A stretch of DNA of 64,000 nucleotides, taken from contig DAOUEJ010000017.1 of assembly GCA_034430615.1 (NCBI GenBank), positions 11,079 to 75,078 of the forward strand. The letters run 5' to 3'. Below are positions 1 through 9,464 of the stretch, piece after piece. This stretch comes from Anaerolineales bacterium. Its GTDB lineage: Bacteria > Chloroflexota > Anaerolineae > Anaerolineales > E44-bin32. A program made the translations under genes and the position numbers. The first letter of the stretch is position 1. Each line of letters opens with the position of its first letter. Below the pieces are notes generated by a model that ran no database searches, was not told the origin of the DNA, and worked only from the letters and a program-made list of their open reading frames with translations.

Positions 1-497
1 TCCCGGGCGCAATCAGTGTGCAAACCATCTGCCTGATGGAGAGCATGGCGCGTACTTGAGGCCATGAGTGGAGACGAATTCGCGTGAAGTGTAAAATCAT
101 TCCCCCACACCGACACCACCAGTGGTTGGGTTGGCCTGGCAGCTGCTGCGAGCATGCCCTCGAATGGGATACGCAGCGCATGCACGATCTCAGGCTCAAT
201 CGATTTTAGGTACGCCCGCAGACGACGGGCAGCAGGCTGGATGGTCAGTGGACCTACCCAATGGCGCAGCGTCGCGCGCAGCGGGATGCCGGAAGCCCCA
301 CCGGGTGCGCTTCCGCCGCGTGGGTCACGTGTGAACTGGCTCAACGCCACCGGGATATGGGCGTACGAAGTCAGCCCTTCTGGAGGGTCACAACTGAAGG
401 TCGAGATCAAGTGGACCTCATGCCCACGATCGATGAACAACGCCATCCAGCTGCGTGCAGTCGGGCTGCGACCATCCGCGACAAAGGCTAATTTCAT
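1..497 (-). CDS. Glycosyltransferase family 4 (N-terminal part; runs off the window edge)
   Basis: Not in the ORF track. Manual translation from ATG at 497 gives MKLAFVADGRSPTARSW...GHEVHLIS...IVHALRIPFEG...LVVSVWGND, a GT4 N-terminal pattern, open to base 1. It starts 2 bp after the upstream GT4 stop. Confidence 0.8.
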   Translation of the reverse strand, partial: MKLAFVADGRSPTARSWMALFIDRGHEVHLISTFSCDPPEGLTSYAHIPVALSQFTRDPRGGSAPGGASGIPLRATLRHWVGPLTIQPAARRLRAYLKSIEPEIVHALRIPFEGMLAAAARPTQPLVVSVWGNDFTLHANSSPLMASSTRHALHQADGLHTDCAR

Positions 498-499
498 AC

Positions 500-1603
500 T
501 CAACGTTCCCGCACCCGGTTCATCGCCTGGACAAAGACCTCCGTCATCCGTTCGATATTGAATCGATCTAGGACGAGGGCATGCGAACGTTTGCCCATTT
601 GCTTGAGTCGGGCCGGGTCGCTCAGGGCCGACTCGATTGCCATGCGTAAGGCAACCGGATCATCGACCGGTATAAGCCAGCCGTTGTCGGCGGAGATCAG
701 ATCACGTTCGGTGCCGTCCCCTTCCGCAACAATGACGGGCAACCCGGCAGCCATGGCCTCCTGCACTGCAAGCCCACCTGTGCCCGGGAGGACGAATAAG
801 TCAGCCCAGGCAAAACTGTCCTGCAGCGCCTGGTCATACAAGGAGCCGGTAAACTCAGACGTGGGGCAAATATCCCCGGCCAGTTGCTCGAGCTTTGCTC
901 GGTCCAATCCGTCCCCGACGACCCTCACCGCCACGGGTTGGGTGAGCTGCGCACATGCTTCAAGCAGCACATCGACGCGTTTGCGCGCCTGAAGACGACC
1001 GACAAACAGAATCCTGGCTGGCCGCTCGACGAGGGGTTCCCGGTCGGGCAGAGCTGTGGGTGGCCCCGACACGGCGTTTCCAGCCACGAAAATAAGCTCC
1101 GGATTGACACCCAGGATACGGAATTCCTCGGCGCCCTGTTCGCTGTAGGCGATCAAGGCATCGAAACGTGCGAGGAACCTGCGGCGGACGATCCGCCGCA
1201 GCCCGGGCGTTGGGCCCTGCTGTCCGGCCGCACCGAGGCCCCATCCGATCACCGCTCTCCCTTTTTGGCGCATCCAGGTGATCCCCGCCCGGCTTGAAAG
1301 GTAGCGCGGGTTCGCTTCCATGATGAGCACTTCCGGTGACCAGCGCTCCAACCAGCGCAGCAGCCCGGTTTGGTAGCACAAGTACGCGGGCCCGGAGAAG
1401 AGATGCAGATTGCGAGCCCGCACCAGGTCAACCCCGTCAAGATCCGGCGTGGAGGGGATCGACTCGCGAGGGCGTGCCTCGCCAGCAAAGACGCTCAATC
1501 CCCCTGAGCAGGCGTGACCCAGCATTTTAAAGAAGGGCGCGCGGTATGTCGGAATGACGCGCTGCTGCAGTCCCGCTCGCCCCGTGAACTGCTCGTTCGG
1601 CAT
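500..1603 (-). CDS. Glycosyltransferase family 4 (GT-B)
   Basis: ILFVGRLQARKRVD and LFVLPGTGGLAVQEAMAAGLPVI motifs; 367 aa; in operon. Confidence 0.9.
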   Translation of the reverse strand: MPNEQFTGRAGLQQRVIPTYRAPFFKMLGHACSGGLSVFAGEARPRESIPSTPDLDGVDLVRARNLHLFSGPAYLCYQTGLLRWLERWSPEVLIMEANPRYLSSRAGITWMRQKGRAVIGWGLGAAGQQGPTPGLRRIVRRRFLARFDALIAYSEQGAEEFRILGVNPELIFVAGNAVSGPPTALPDREPLVERPARILFVGRLQARKRVDVLLEACAQLTQPVAVRVVGDGLDRAKLEQLAGDICPTSEFTGSLYDQALQDSFAWADLFVLPGTGGLAVQEAMAAGLPVIVAEGDGTERDLISADNGWLIPVDDPVALRMAIESALSDPARLKQMGKRSHALVLDRFNIERMTEVFVQAMNRVRER

Positions 1604-1606
1604 GCC

Positions 1607-2647
1607 TCAGCTCCACCCCAGTGCGCCCAGATATCCCGTGACCATCGTATCCAACCCTAAACCGTTTTCTGCCCGGCGGCGCGCTGCCCGCCTATAGGCA
1701 GGCTGTTCACGGAAAATCCGGATTGCCGCATCTGCCAGGTTCTCGGTGTCAGGGGAATCCAGGTTCCAGGAGTCCCCTCCATAAGGGACGACTTCGCCGG
1801 CGCCCTCTGTCACGAGCTCCCTAAGCGCACCCGTGTCGTAACCCAGGACGGGCAGCCCGCATGCGAGCGCCTCGATCACGGCGTTCGGGCAGGCCGGGTG
1901 CAGATCGGAAGCGAACAACATGTGTGCAGAACGATCGAGCTCCGGCACGTGCTCAGCCGGCACCCAGCCCCGCCAATCGATCGGGACAGCAGCTTGCGCC
2001 TCAAGCGACGCCTGCAGGCCGGACGCAGCCTTGCCGGCGATCGTTAATTCGACCGGCTCCCCGATACGCACCTGTACCCTGCCCGCAAGGTCAAGCGCAT
2101 GCTTAAGGCCGATCTCGTAGCCTCCACCCAGATGCCCTTCGACAACCAGCAGCCGCATGCGCTCGGGAGGCGTTCCTTCACCCGTTGGTGTATACCGATC
2201 GAGATCCACCCCGTTCAGCACAACCGAATTCGGAACCGGTGCTATGCCATGGACACGCTCCCACCATTCCCGGGCGAACTCGCTCTGATACACAATATGG
2301 CTCGCCAACCGGTTCCGGATCGAAACTAGCAGCAAATTCGCCAGTTCCGCCCGCAGGTAGTGCCGCACACCCGTGTTCCGTTTGCGCTGGATCCAGTTCA
2401 TCCCGTTCAAGCGCTGGATGATCGGGATGCCCCGCCTGCGTGCGCGGTTCAACCCGGCCAGCTGGCGCGTCCCACCAATGACCAGGATCGCATCGTAGGG
2501 TTCGTCATCAAGACTGTTGCTCACCTGATGCCCGCGTGCAGCCAGTCCGGCCTGCATCTTCGCCCGAAAGGAAACCATGCCGCCGACCCCGGTCATTATC
2601 GGCAGCAGGCACAGACGTCGCTTGTTTGTTGTGGAGGAGGAACTCAT
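1607..2647 (-). CDS. Glycosyltransferase family 4 (GT-B)
   Basis: NGVDLDRY and ACPNAVIEALACGLPVLGYDTGALRE (E-x7-E region) motifs. Confidence 0.9.
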   Translation of the reverse strand: MSSSSTTNKRRLCLLPIMTGVGGMVSFRAKMQAGLAARGHQVSNSLDDEPYDAILVIGGTRQLAGLNRARRRGIPIIQRLNGMNWIQRKRNTGVRHYLRAELANLLLVSIRNRLASHIVYQSEFAREWWERVHGIAPVPNSVVLNGVDLDRYTPTGEGTPPERMRLLVVEGHLGGGYEIGLKHALDLAGRVQVRIGEPVELTIAGKAASGLQASLEAQAAVPIDWRGWVPAEHVPELDRSAHMLFASDLHPACPNAVIEALACGLPVLGYDTGALRELVTEGAGEVVPYGGDSWNLDSPDTENLADAAIRIFREQPAYRRAARRRAENGLGLDTMVTGYLGALGWS

Positions 2648-2710
2648 AGGAACACCACGTTCACACGTGATAGGAGCCCGGAGATCCGGGTAGACAAATT
2701 CGAGATGTTT

Positions 2711-3163
2711 TCATGATCGCTGGCCGATCCGCCGGGCAGGAACCCCGGCCCAGATCTCGCTCTCACCCGTCGATTGGAGCAAGACAGCATTCGCGCCCAG
2801 CACTGTGCCTGCTGCCACAGTCAGGACCCCCTCATCACACAACACTTTCGAGCCAGGGGAGAGGATTACGTCATCCTCGATCACGACGCCCTCGAAGCTT
2901 GATTCTGTGCTCACCCGATAGATGTCCCCCCGGCCGATGGTCACGCCGGGGTAGATCTTCACCCGCGCGCCGATGCGTGTTTCCGGGTGGACCACGACGC
3001 CAAAACCGCCGTGCACAAGGCTGAAATCCTCGCCGATTTGGACCGAAGGCGGGATCTCAGCTCCGAGCATTTTCAGCACCAAGTACGCCAGACGCCCCAG
3101 GAGTGGGGTGTTCCTGGCGTAAACCAGGCGGCTGTACACGTCGCGCTTCACAGCACCTGCCAT
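2711..3163 (-). CDS. Hexapeptide-repeat (left-handed beta-helix) O-acetyltransferase, CysE/WcaF-like
   Basis: IPPSVQIG...HGGFGVVVHPETRIG...GVTIG...GANAV...WAGVPAR. Confidence 0.8.
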   Translation of the reverse strand: MAGAVKRDVYSRLVYARNTPLLGRLAYLVLKMLGAEIPPSVQIGEDFSLVHGGFGVVVHPETRIGARVKIYPGVTIGRGDIYRVSTESSFEGVVIEDDVILSPGSKVLCDEGVLTVAAGTVLGANAVLLQSTGESEIWAGVPARRIGQRS

Positions 3164-4290
3164 TAGACTTTCCCGGCGGCGAGCAGCGCGTCCACGATCT
3201 TACGGGCGGCCTGCCCATCCCCATAGGGATTCACGGCCTGCGCCATCGCCTGATAGGCAAGTGGGTCTTCCAGCAGAGCGGACGCTTCGGCGAGGATCTT
3301 CTTCCGATCGCTCCCCACCAACCGCGCCGTTCCGGCTTTGATCGCCTCCGGTCGTTCGGTGACTTCGCGCATGACAAGAACCGGCTTCCCCAACGCCGGC
3401 GCTTCCTCCTGCAGACCTCCCGAATCGGTCAGCACGAAGGAAGCCCGTTTGATGGCCTGCACCATGTCGCGATAATCGAGCGGTTCGGTCAGTGTGATAT
3501 TCGGAAGATCACCCAGAATCTCGTGGGCAGGTCCGTGGACGTTCGGATTGAGATGGACCGGATAAAGAATATGCACCTGGTCCTCATAGCGGGAGGCAAG
3601 GTCCCGGATGGCCTCCAGGATCTCCTTGAGCGGAGATCCGAAATTCTCCCGGCGGTGAGCCGTTACCAGGATCAGCGTTTTATCCACGGGAAGCTCACTG
3701 AGCGGCCCCTGGCCATCCGTATAGGGCTGGCCGGCCACTTCAAGCAAGGCATCGATGACCGGGTTGCCCGTGATTACGATATCCTTCGCCAGTACCCCCT
3801 CCGACAGCAAACGATCTCGAGCTTCTGCCGTGGGTGCGAAATGCAGGTCTGCGATCACGCTGGCAACTCGCCGGTTAATCTCCTCCGGGAAGGGCTGCCA
3901 TTTATCGCCCGTCCTGAGCCCCGCCTCGACGTGTCCCAGTTTTACCCGGTGGTAGTAGGCGAGCAAGCTGGCCGCCATGACGGTTGTCGTATCCCCCTGC
4001 ACCAGTACCCAATCCGGCCTCAGGTCATCCAGCACAGGGTCCAAGGCTTGCAGGATGCCTGCTGTCAACCCGGCCAAGTCCTGATCGGGTGTCATCAGGT
4101 TGAGATCAACATCGGGCACGATCTCAAACAATGAAAGGATCTGGTCAAGCATCTGGCGGTGCTGGGCAGTCACACAGACAAATGCCTTGACCCCGGGTGT
4201 CTCGGCCAGGCGTCGTACCACCGGGGCCATCTTGACCGCTTCCGGCCGCGTGCCGAAGATGCTCAGGACACGCATCGGTGTCTCAACCAT
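3163..4290 (-). CDS. wecB: UDP-N-acetylglucosamine 2-epimerase (non-hydrolysing)
   Basis: FGTRPEAVKMAP, VQGDT, HVEAGLRT, PFPEE, HRREN, TDSGGLQEEAP, RPE, NPYGDG motifs. Confidence 0.95.
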   Translation of the reverse strand: MVETPMRVLSIFGTRPEAVKMAPVVRRLAETPGVKAFVCVTAQHRQMLDQILSLFEIVPDVDLNLMTPDQDLAGLTAGILQALDPVLDDLRPDWVLVQGDTTTVMAASLLAYYHRVKLGHVEAGLRTGDKWQPFPEEINRRVASVIADLHFAPTAEARDRLLSEGVLAKDIVITGNPVIDALLEVAGQPYTDGQGPLSELPVDKTLILVTAHRRENFGSPLKEILEAIRDLASRYEDQVHILYPVHLNPNVHGPAHEILGDLPNITLTEPLDYRDMVQAIKRASFVLTDSGGLQEEAPALGKPVLVMREVTERPEAIKAGTARLVGSDRKKILAEASALLEDPLAYQAMAQAVNPYGDGQAARKIVDALLAAGKV

Positions 4291-5578
4291 CCGCCTGCCT
4301 CACACCGATCGTGAAAAGACGGAAACCCGCTCGTTCCCAGGCTGCTTTCTCGAAGATGCGGCGGGTATCGACAATGGTGCGGGCCTGGGTCATGCTCGCA
4401 ACTGCGACCGGTTCCAGCGCCCGAAATTGTTCATGATCCACCAGGAGCAGGATCGCCTCAGCCTCAACGAGCGCAGACTGGAGTGTCCCGGCGGCTTGTG
4501 CACCTTCGGCTGTGGCTTGAAGTGCGAAGGGTTCAAACGTCGCCACCCGCGCGCCTGCCTGGACCAGCAAGCGGACGACTTCCAACGCCGGACTTTCACG
4601 CAGGTCATCCACATTGGCTTTGTAGCTCAAACCCAGTGCCGCGATGCGCTTGCCGTCCAGTTTGCCCAACGCGCGCCGGATGAGCTCGAGCACCACAGCC
4701 GGTTGACCATCGTTGACGACACGCGCCTGACGAATCAAACCACTGACTTCAGGTGCGGCCTCGACCAGGAACCACGGATCGACGCTGATGCAGTGCCCGC
4801 CAACGCCCGGTCCCGGGTTCAAAATCTCGACTCGTGGATGCAGGTTGGCCAATTCAATCGCCCGCCATATATCGATACCGAAAGTATCACCGAGCCGCGA
4901 AAACTCGTTGGCGATGGCAATGTTCACATCGCGGTAGGTATTCTCCATGAGCTTCACCATCTCGGCGGTAGTCGAGTCGGTGAGCAGGATTTCGCCCCGC
5001 ACAAAGCTGGCGTAAAGATCACGGCCAGCCTCGGAGGAGGCCTGGTTTACACCACCGATGACGCGGGCGTTCTCGATCAACTCGTGCAGGATCTTGCCTG
5101 GCAGCACTCGCTCCGGTGAATACGCCAGGAAGAAATCCTCCCCGGCCGATAGCCCGCTTTGCTCGAGTATCGGCGCAAGCAGATCGAGGGTTGTGCGCGG
5201 TGGCGAAGTTGACTCAAGCACCACCAGATTGCCGCGCTGCAAGTGCGGAACGATCGACTCGGTGGCGGAGCGCACGTATTGCATATCGGCTCGTTTGTCA
5301 TCCGTGATCGGGGTAGGAACAGCAATGATGAACGCATCGGCCGGTCCGGGCGCTTCGCTGACCGTTAGGTTGCCTGATCGAAAGGCGGCCTGCACCAGGG
5401 CCCGTAAACCCGGCTCCTGGATGTGGATCTCACCATTTCGCAGGACATCCACAACCTGGCTGTTGACATCGACCCCGAGTACCCGCATGCCATGCGTCGC
5501 AAAAGTGCTTGCGGTTGGCAGGCCGATGTATCCCAGGCCGAGGATACAAAGAGTATTGAACGGCACATCTGCCTCCAA
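4283..5578 (-). CDS. wecC: UDP-N-acetyl-D-mannosamine dehydrogenase
   Basis: GLGYIGLPTA, AVPTP, SPERVLPG, KLMENTYRDVNIA, PGPGVGGHCI, YKANVDDLRESP; adjacent to wecB. Confidence 0.9.
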   Translation of the reverse strand: MEADVPFNTLCILGLGYIGLPTASTFATHGMRVLGVDVNSQVVDVLRNGEIHIQEPGLRALVQAAFRSGNLTVSEAPGPADAFIIAVPTPITDDKRADMQYVRSATESIVPHLQRGNLVVLESTSPPRTTLDLLAPILEQSGLSAGEDFFLAYSPERVLPGKILHELIENARVIGGVNQASSEAGRDLYASFVRGEILLTDSTTAEMVKLMENTYRDVNIAIANEFSRLGDTFGIDIWRAIELANLHPRVEILNPGPGVGGHCISVDPWFLVEAAPEVSGLIRQARVVNDGQPAVVLELIRRALGKLDGKRIAALGLSYKANVDDLRESPALEVVRLLVQAGARVATFEPFALQATAEGAQAAGTLQSALVEAEAILLLVDHEQFRALEPVAVASMTQARTIVDTRRIFEKAAWERAGFRLFTIGVRQADG

Positions 5579-5685
5579 AAATTGACGAGCTTATTATCCC
5601 ATATCCCTCAAATGCCCGGAAATCAGGGCAAGAGACCTGGTCTGGCTCAGACATGTGCCTGGTTTCCTGCGTTACAATCGTGTTC

Positions 5686-6117
5686 ATGCGTCCCACAGCA
5701 GCGCACAAGCTTTGGGTCTGGCTTGCCGGCTTGTTCCTCCTCTTTATCAGCATGATCATCCTCGCCGCTGACCTTGGATTGGCTGGAAGGATCTTCGCCT
5801 GGATCGTGTATGTGCCCGGGCAGGACGTCACCGCTCATTTCATCTTGATCGGTGGGCTGGCGATATTGGTTAACCTGGCCTTGGACCGCCGGGCTTTGAC
5901 CCTCTCCGGAAGATCGATTCAACTGGGTAGCGTGGTCATACTTCTGTTGGTCACGCTGGAGGAATTCAGCCAGATGTGGATCCGTACGCGCGGTTTTTCT
6001 CTTTTCGACCTTTCCGCCGATTGGCTCGGGGTTTGGCTTCTGGGTGGTTGGGGATCTGCTAGATTGAAGGCACGTTTCAACCCGGAAACCAGGAGGCTGC
6101 CCTCGCCTGATCCCTAG
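5686..6117 (+). CDS. VanZ-family membrane protein
   Basis: D-x-x-AHF, EEFSQ...RGFSLFDLSADWLG motifs. TACAAT (5673-5678) lies 7 nt before ATG 5686, suggesting a leaderless start; ORF track starts at 5653. Confidence 0.75.
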   Translation: MRPTAAHKLWVWLAGLFLLFISMIILAADLGLAGRIFAWIVYVPGQDVTAHFILIGGLAILVNLALDRRALTLSGRSIQLGSVVILLLVTLEEFSQMWIRTRGFSLFDLSADWLGVWLLGGWGSARLKARFNPETRRLPSPDP

Positions 6118-6237
6118 TTGGATCGGATCCCGCGGTCATCGGGCGAAGCTTGTATGCCAGGCAGCGATTCCTGCAGCCTTCACCCCTGAGAGGCTCTGCA
6201 ACGTGTACAATAGGCCGGTCAAGAAAGTGGAGGCCGT

Positions 6238-7161
6238 ATGGCGTGGCGCATTCTGCTGACTGACGGCCTCGCTCAAGAAGGCCGGGACATTCTTCAAGCT
6301 GAGGCTGAAGTGATCGAATCCAACCTGGCTGATGAACTCGGCGCAGTCGATGCCGTCATCATCCGCAGCCGGACTCGTCTTAACCGCAGCGATATCGCGC
6401 TGGGGATTCCGCGCCTGAAGGTGATTGGCCGGGCTGGCGTAGGCGTTGACAACATCGACCTCGAGGCCGCAAAGGACAACCGGGTAGTGGTGGTCAACGC
6501 GCCAGAAGCCACGACCATCGCCGTTGCCGAGCACACTCTCGCGCTGATGCTTGCCCTTGCCCGACATCTCCCGGCTGCCGATGCGAGTATGCACGCCGGT
6601 GCCTGGGAGAAGTCCGCATATACCGGGGACGAATTACACGGGAAGACTTTGGGCTTGATCGGCCTCGGCCGGATAGGTTCAGCGGTAGCCGATCTGGCCC
6701 GGGTCTTCGGGATGCAAATCCTGGCTTATGATCCCTTCCTCGATGCGGATGATGTCCGGTCCAGGGGCGCTGAGCCGGTTGAATTGGCAGAACTGTTGCA
6801 AACGGCCGATATCGTCAGTGTCCACGTTCCGCACATGGAGACTACACACCATTTGCTTGGCCCGCAGCGATTGCCGCTGATGAAACACGGCGCCTGGTTG
6901 ATCTCGACCTCGCGCGGCGGGGTCATCGATGAACAGGCTTTACTCGAAACGCTCGAGACAGGGCAGGTGGGCAGGGCCGCACTTGATGTCTTCGCCCAGG
7001 AGCCACCGCTCGGCTCAGCCCTGCTCAAGCAGGCAAACATGATACTCACACCCCATATCGGTGGCCAGACCCACGGGGCGCAATCTCGCGTGGCGGAGGA
7101 GATTGCGAACGAGGTGCTGGCAGCGCTGCGTGGTGACAACCTGCGCTGGCGCGTTATTTAG
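6238..7161 (+). CDS. D-isomer 2-hydroxyacid dehydrogenase, SerA-like (no ACT domain)
   Basis: RAGVGVDNID, GLGRIG, AYDP, AALDVF.QEP, TPHIGG; GGAGG SD. Confidence 0.82.
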   Translation: MAWRILLTDGLAQEGRDILQAEAEVIESNLADELGAVDAVIIRSRTRLNRSDIALGIPRLKVIGRAGVGVDNIDLEAAKDNRVVVVNAPEATTIAVAEHTLALMLALARHLPAADASMHAGAWEKSAYTGDELHGKTLGLIGLGRIGSAVADLARVFGMQILAYDPFLDADDVRSRGAEPVELAELLQTADIVSVHVPHMETTHHLLGPQRLPLMKHGAWLISTSRGGVIDEQALLETLETGQVGRAALDVFAQEPPLGSALLKQANMILTPHIGGQTHGAQSRVAEEIANEVLAALRGDNLRWRVI

Positions 7162-7183
7162 AGCTACTCAGATAGGAGATACG

Positions 7184-8689
7184 ATGGGCAAAAAAATCGA
7201 GGCTCTGCGTGAATTACTGGGTGTTGTCGCGGACCTAACCGCGGCGGCAGCCTTGCTTGGTTGGGATCAGCAGACATACATGCCGTCCGGCGCAGCCGGC
7301 GGGCGCGCAATGCAGTTAGCCACCCTGAGCACGTTGGCGCATGAGCATTTCGTATCCGACGAGATGGGGGCCGCGATAGAAGCAGCCAAGGCTGAAGCCA
7401 AGGACCTTGCACCCGATTCGGACGAGGCGCGCCTGGTGCGAAAGACCGAGCACGATTACTTGAAAGAGATCAAGGTCCCTTCATCCTGGGTGAGTGAATA
7501 CTCACGTGCGACCGCCATGGCCCACCAGGACTGGGAGCAAGCAAGAGCCGAGGCGGACTTCAAACGCTTCCAGCCTCACTTAGAAAAGATCGTCGAACTC
7601 CGGCGCCATTATGCGGATTTCTTCGCACCCTATGACCATCTCTACGATCCACTGCTTGATGATTTTGAACCCGGGATGAAGACCGCCGAGGTGAAAGCCG
7701 TCTTCGACGCCCTCCGGCCGCGTCAGGTCGAACTGGTCCAGGCGATCTTCGAACAAGGCCGGCCGGTGGACGATTCCTTCCTGCACCTGAACTACGATCT
7801 CGACAAGCAGTGGAATTTCGGGGTTGAGGTCATCACAGCGTTCGGCTACGATTTTAAACGTGGCCGGCAGGATAAGGCCGTCCACCCCTTCACGACCTCT
7901 TTCGGGCTCGACGATGTCCGCATCACCACCCGGCTGTATGAAGACTACTTCAGCACCGCGCTGACGGGGACCATGCACGAGGCCGGTCATGCCCTGTACG
8001 AGCAGGGAATAAAATCGACCCTCGGACGCACGCCGTTGGAGGCCGGGGCTTCACTGGGGATGCACGAATCGCAATCCCGGATGTGGGAGAACCTGATCGG
8101 ACGCAGCAAGCCGTTCTGGAAGGCCTACTTCCCCAAACTGCAGGGTGTCTTCCCGCAACAGCTTGGCAACGTCGCAATGGAAGATTTCTACCGGGCGATG
8201 AATAAAGTCGAACGGACATATATCCGTGTCGACGCTGATGAAGCGACCTATAACCTGCACATCATGCTGCGCTTTGAATTGGAGATAGCACTGATGGACG
8301 GATCCCTGGCAGTAAAGGATCTTCCCGAAGCGTGGAATACCAAGTTCGAAGATTTTCTGGGCATCATCCCGCCCGATGATGCAAAGGGTGTGCTTCAGGA
8401 TGTGCACTGGTCGGGTGGCATGATCGGCTATTTCCCCACCTACTCTCTCGGGAACTTGATGGCCGCTCAACTGTGGGAGAAGATCGGCCAGGACATACCC
8501 AACCTGGAAGAGCAGATCGAACGCGGGCAGTTCGGCGCACTTCTGGGATGGCTGCGCGAGAATATCCACCAACATGGCGCGAAATTTGAGCCGATCGAAC
8601 TTCTCACGCGCGTAACCGGTAAAGGCCTGGATGCAGATCCCTATATGCGCTATCTGACGGGCAAGTACTCGGAGATCTACGAGCTCTAA
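7184..8689 (+). CDS. Carboxypeptidase, peptidase family M32
   Basis: HPF, HEAGH (HExxH), HESQS, QDVHW, YFPTY motifs; AGGAGA SD before ATG 7184. Confidence 0.93.
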   Translation: MGKKIEALRELLGVVADLTAAAALLGWDQQTYMPSGAAGGRAMQLATLSTLAHEHFVSDEMGAAIEAAKAEAKDLAPDSDEARLVRKTEHDYLKEIKVPSSWVSEYSRATAMAHQDWEQARAEADFKRFQPHLEKIVELRRHYADFFAPYDHLYDPLLDDFEPGMKTAEVKAVFDALRPRQVELVQAIFEQGRPVDDSFLHLNYDLDKQWNFGVEVITAFGYDFKRGRQDKAVHPFTTSFGLDDVRITTRLYEDYFSTALTGTMHEAGHALYEQGIKSTLGRTPLEAGASLGMHESQSRMWENLIGRSKPFWKAYFPKLQGVFPQQLGNVAMEDFYRAMNKVERTYIRVDADEATYNLHIMLRFELEIALMDGSLAVKDLPEAWNTKFEDFLGIIPPDDAKGVLQDVHWSGGMIGYFPTYSLGNLMAAQLWEKIGQDIPNLEEQIERGQFGALLGWLRENIHQHGAKFEPIELLTRVTGKGLDADPYMRYLTGKYSEIYEL

Positions 8690-8705
8690 ACTCCTGAGGA
8701 AGTTG

Positions 8706-9086
8706 ATGGAGGCCGGATTGACACTCACCACATTTCATGACGCGTTGGCCAACTCCGTCCTGATGTTTACCTTGATCGCCGGGATCTGGGGCCTTGTCAG
8801 CCGGGTGCGGGGCAAGGCCATGACCGGAAACTACTGGGGCATCCTGGCTGTAGGCGAACTCCTGATCATCGGCCAGGGTGTGCTTGGTGCGATCCTGTGG
8901 ATCTCGGGTGCCCGTCCGGGACGGATGGGGATTCACATTCTATACGGGGTAGTGGCCGTCATCTCGCTTCCAGCCTACTACGCCATCACCAAGAGGCGGG
9001 ATGATAAGGACATCGTGCTGGTCTACGGACTGTTGAACCTCTTCCTGGCAGCGATCAGCCTGCGCTCAGCCGCAACCGGGGTATAG
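8706..9086 (+). CDS. Hypothetical 4-TM membrane protein
   Basis: Hydrophobic 126-aa ORF filling the gap between coupled genes; GAGG SD. Confidence 0.72.
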   Translation: MEAGLTLTTFHDALANSVLMFTLIAGIWGLVSRVRGKAMTGNYWGILAVGELLIIGQGVLGAILWISGARPGRMGIHILYGVVAVISLPAYYAITKRRDDKDIVLVYGLLNLFLAAISLRSAATGV

Positions 9087-9095
9087 ACCGAAACT

Positions 9096-9464
9096 ATGGC
9101 AATAATCCTCGTCGTGGACGACCAGACACCGACGCTTGACCTGATGGCGGCAACGATCCGCATGCTTGGGCATGATCCGCTCCTAGCGCAATCTGCACAG
9201 CGCGCATTGGATCTCATCGCCGAGTCGCCGCCTGATCTGGTGCTGTTGGATTTAATGATGCCTGGAATGAACGGTCTCGAAATGCTCACCCAACTGCGCT
9301 CGATGCCTACCGGCGGAACCTTGCCCGTGGTTGTGATCACCGCCGGTGGCGAATACGATATCAAGGATCGAGTCCTGGAGGCGGGAGGGACCGCATGCCT
9401 GCAGAAACCGATCCATGTCGAACAACTGGCAACCATGATCCAGAGCGTCCTGCATGATGAATGA
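9096..9464 (+). CDS. Single-domain response regulator (receiver)
   Basis: ILVVDD, PDLVLLDLMMPGMNG, VITA, QKP motifs. Confidence 0.9.
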   Translation: MAIILVVDDQTPTLDLMAATIRMLGHDPLLAQSAQRALDLIAESPPDLVLLDLMMPGMNGLEMLTQLRSMPTGGTLPVVVITAGGEYDIKDRVLEAGGTACLQKPIHVEQLATMIQSVLHDE

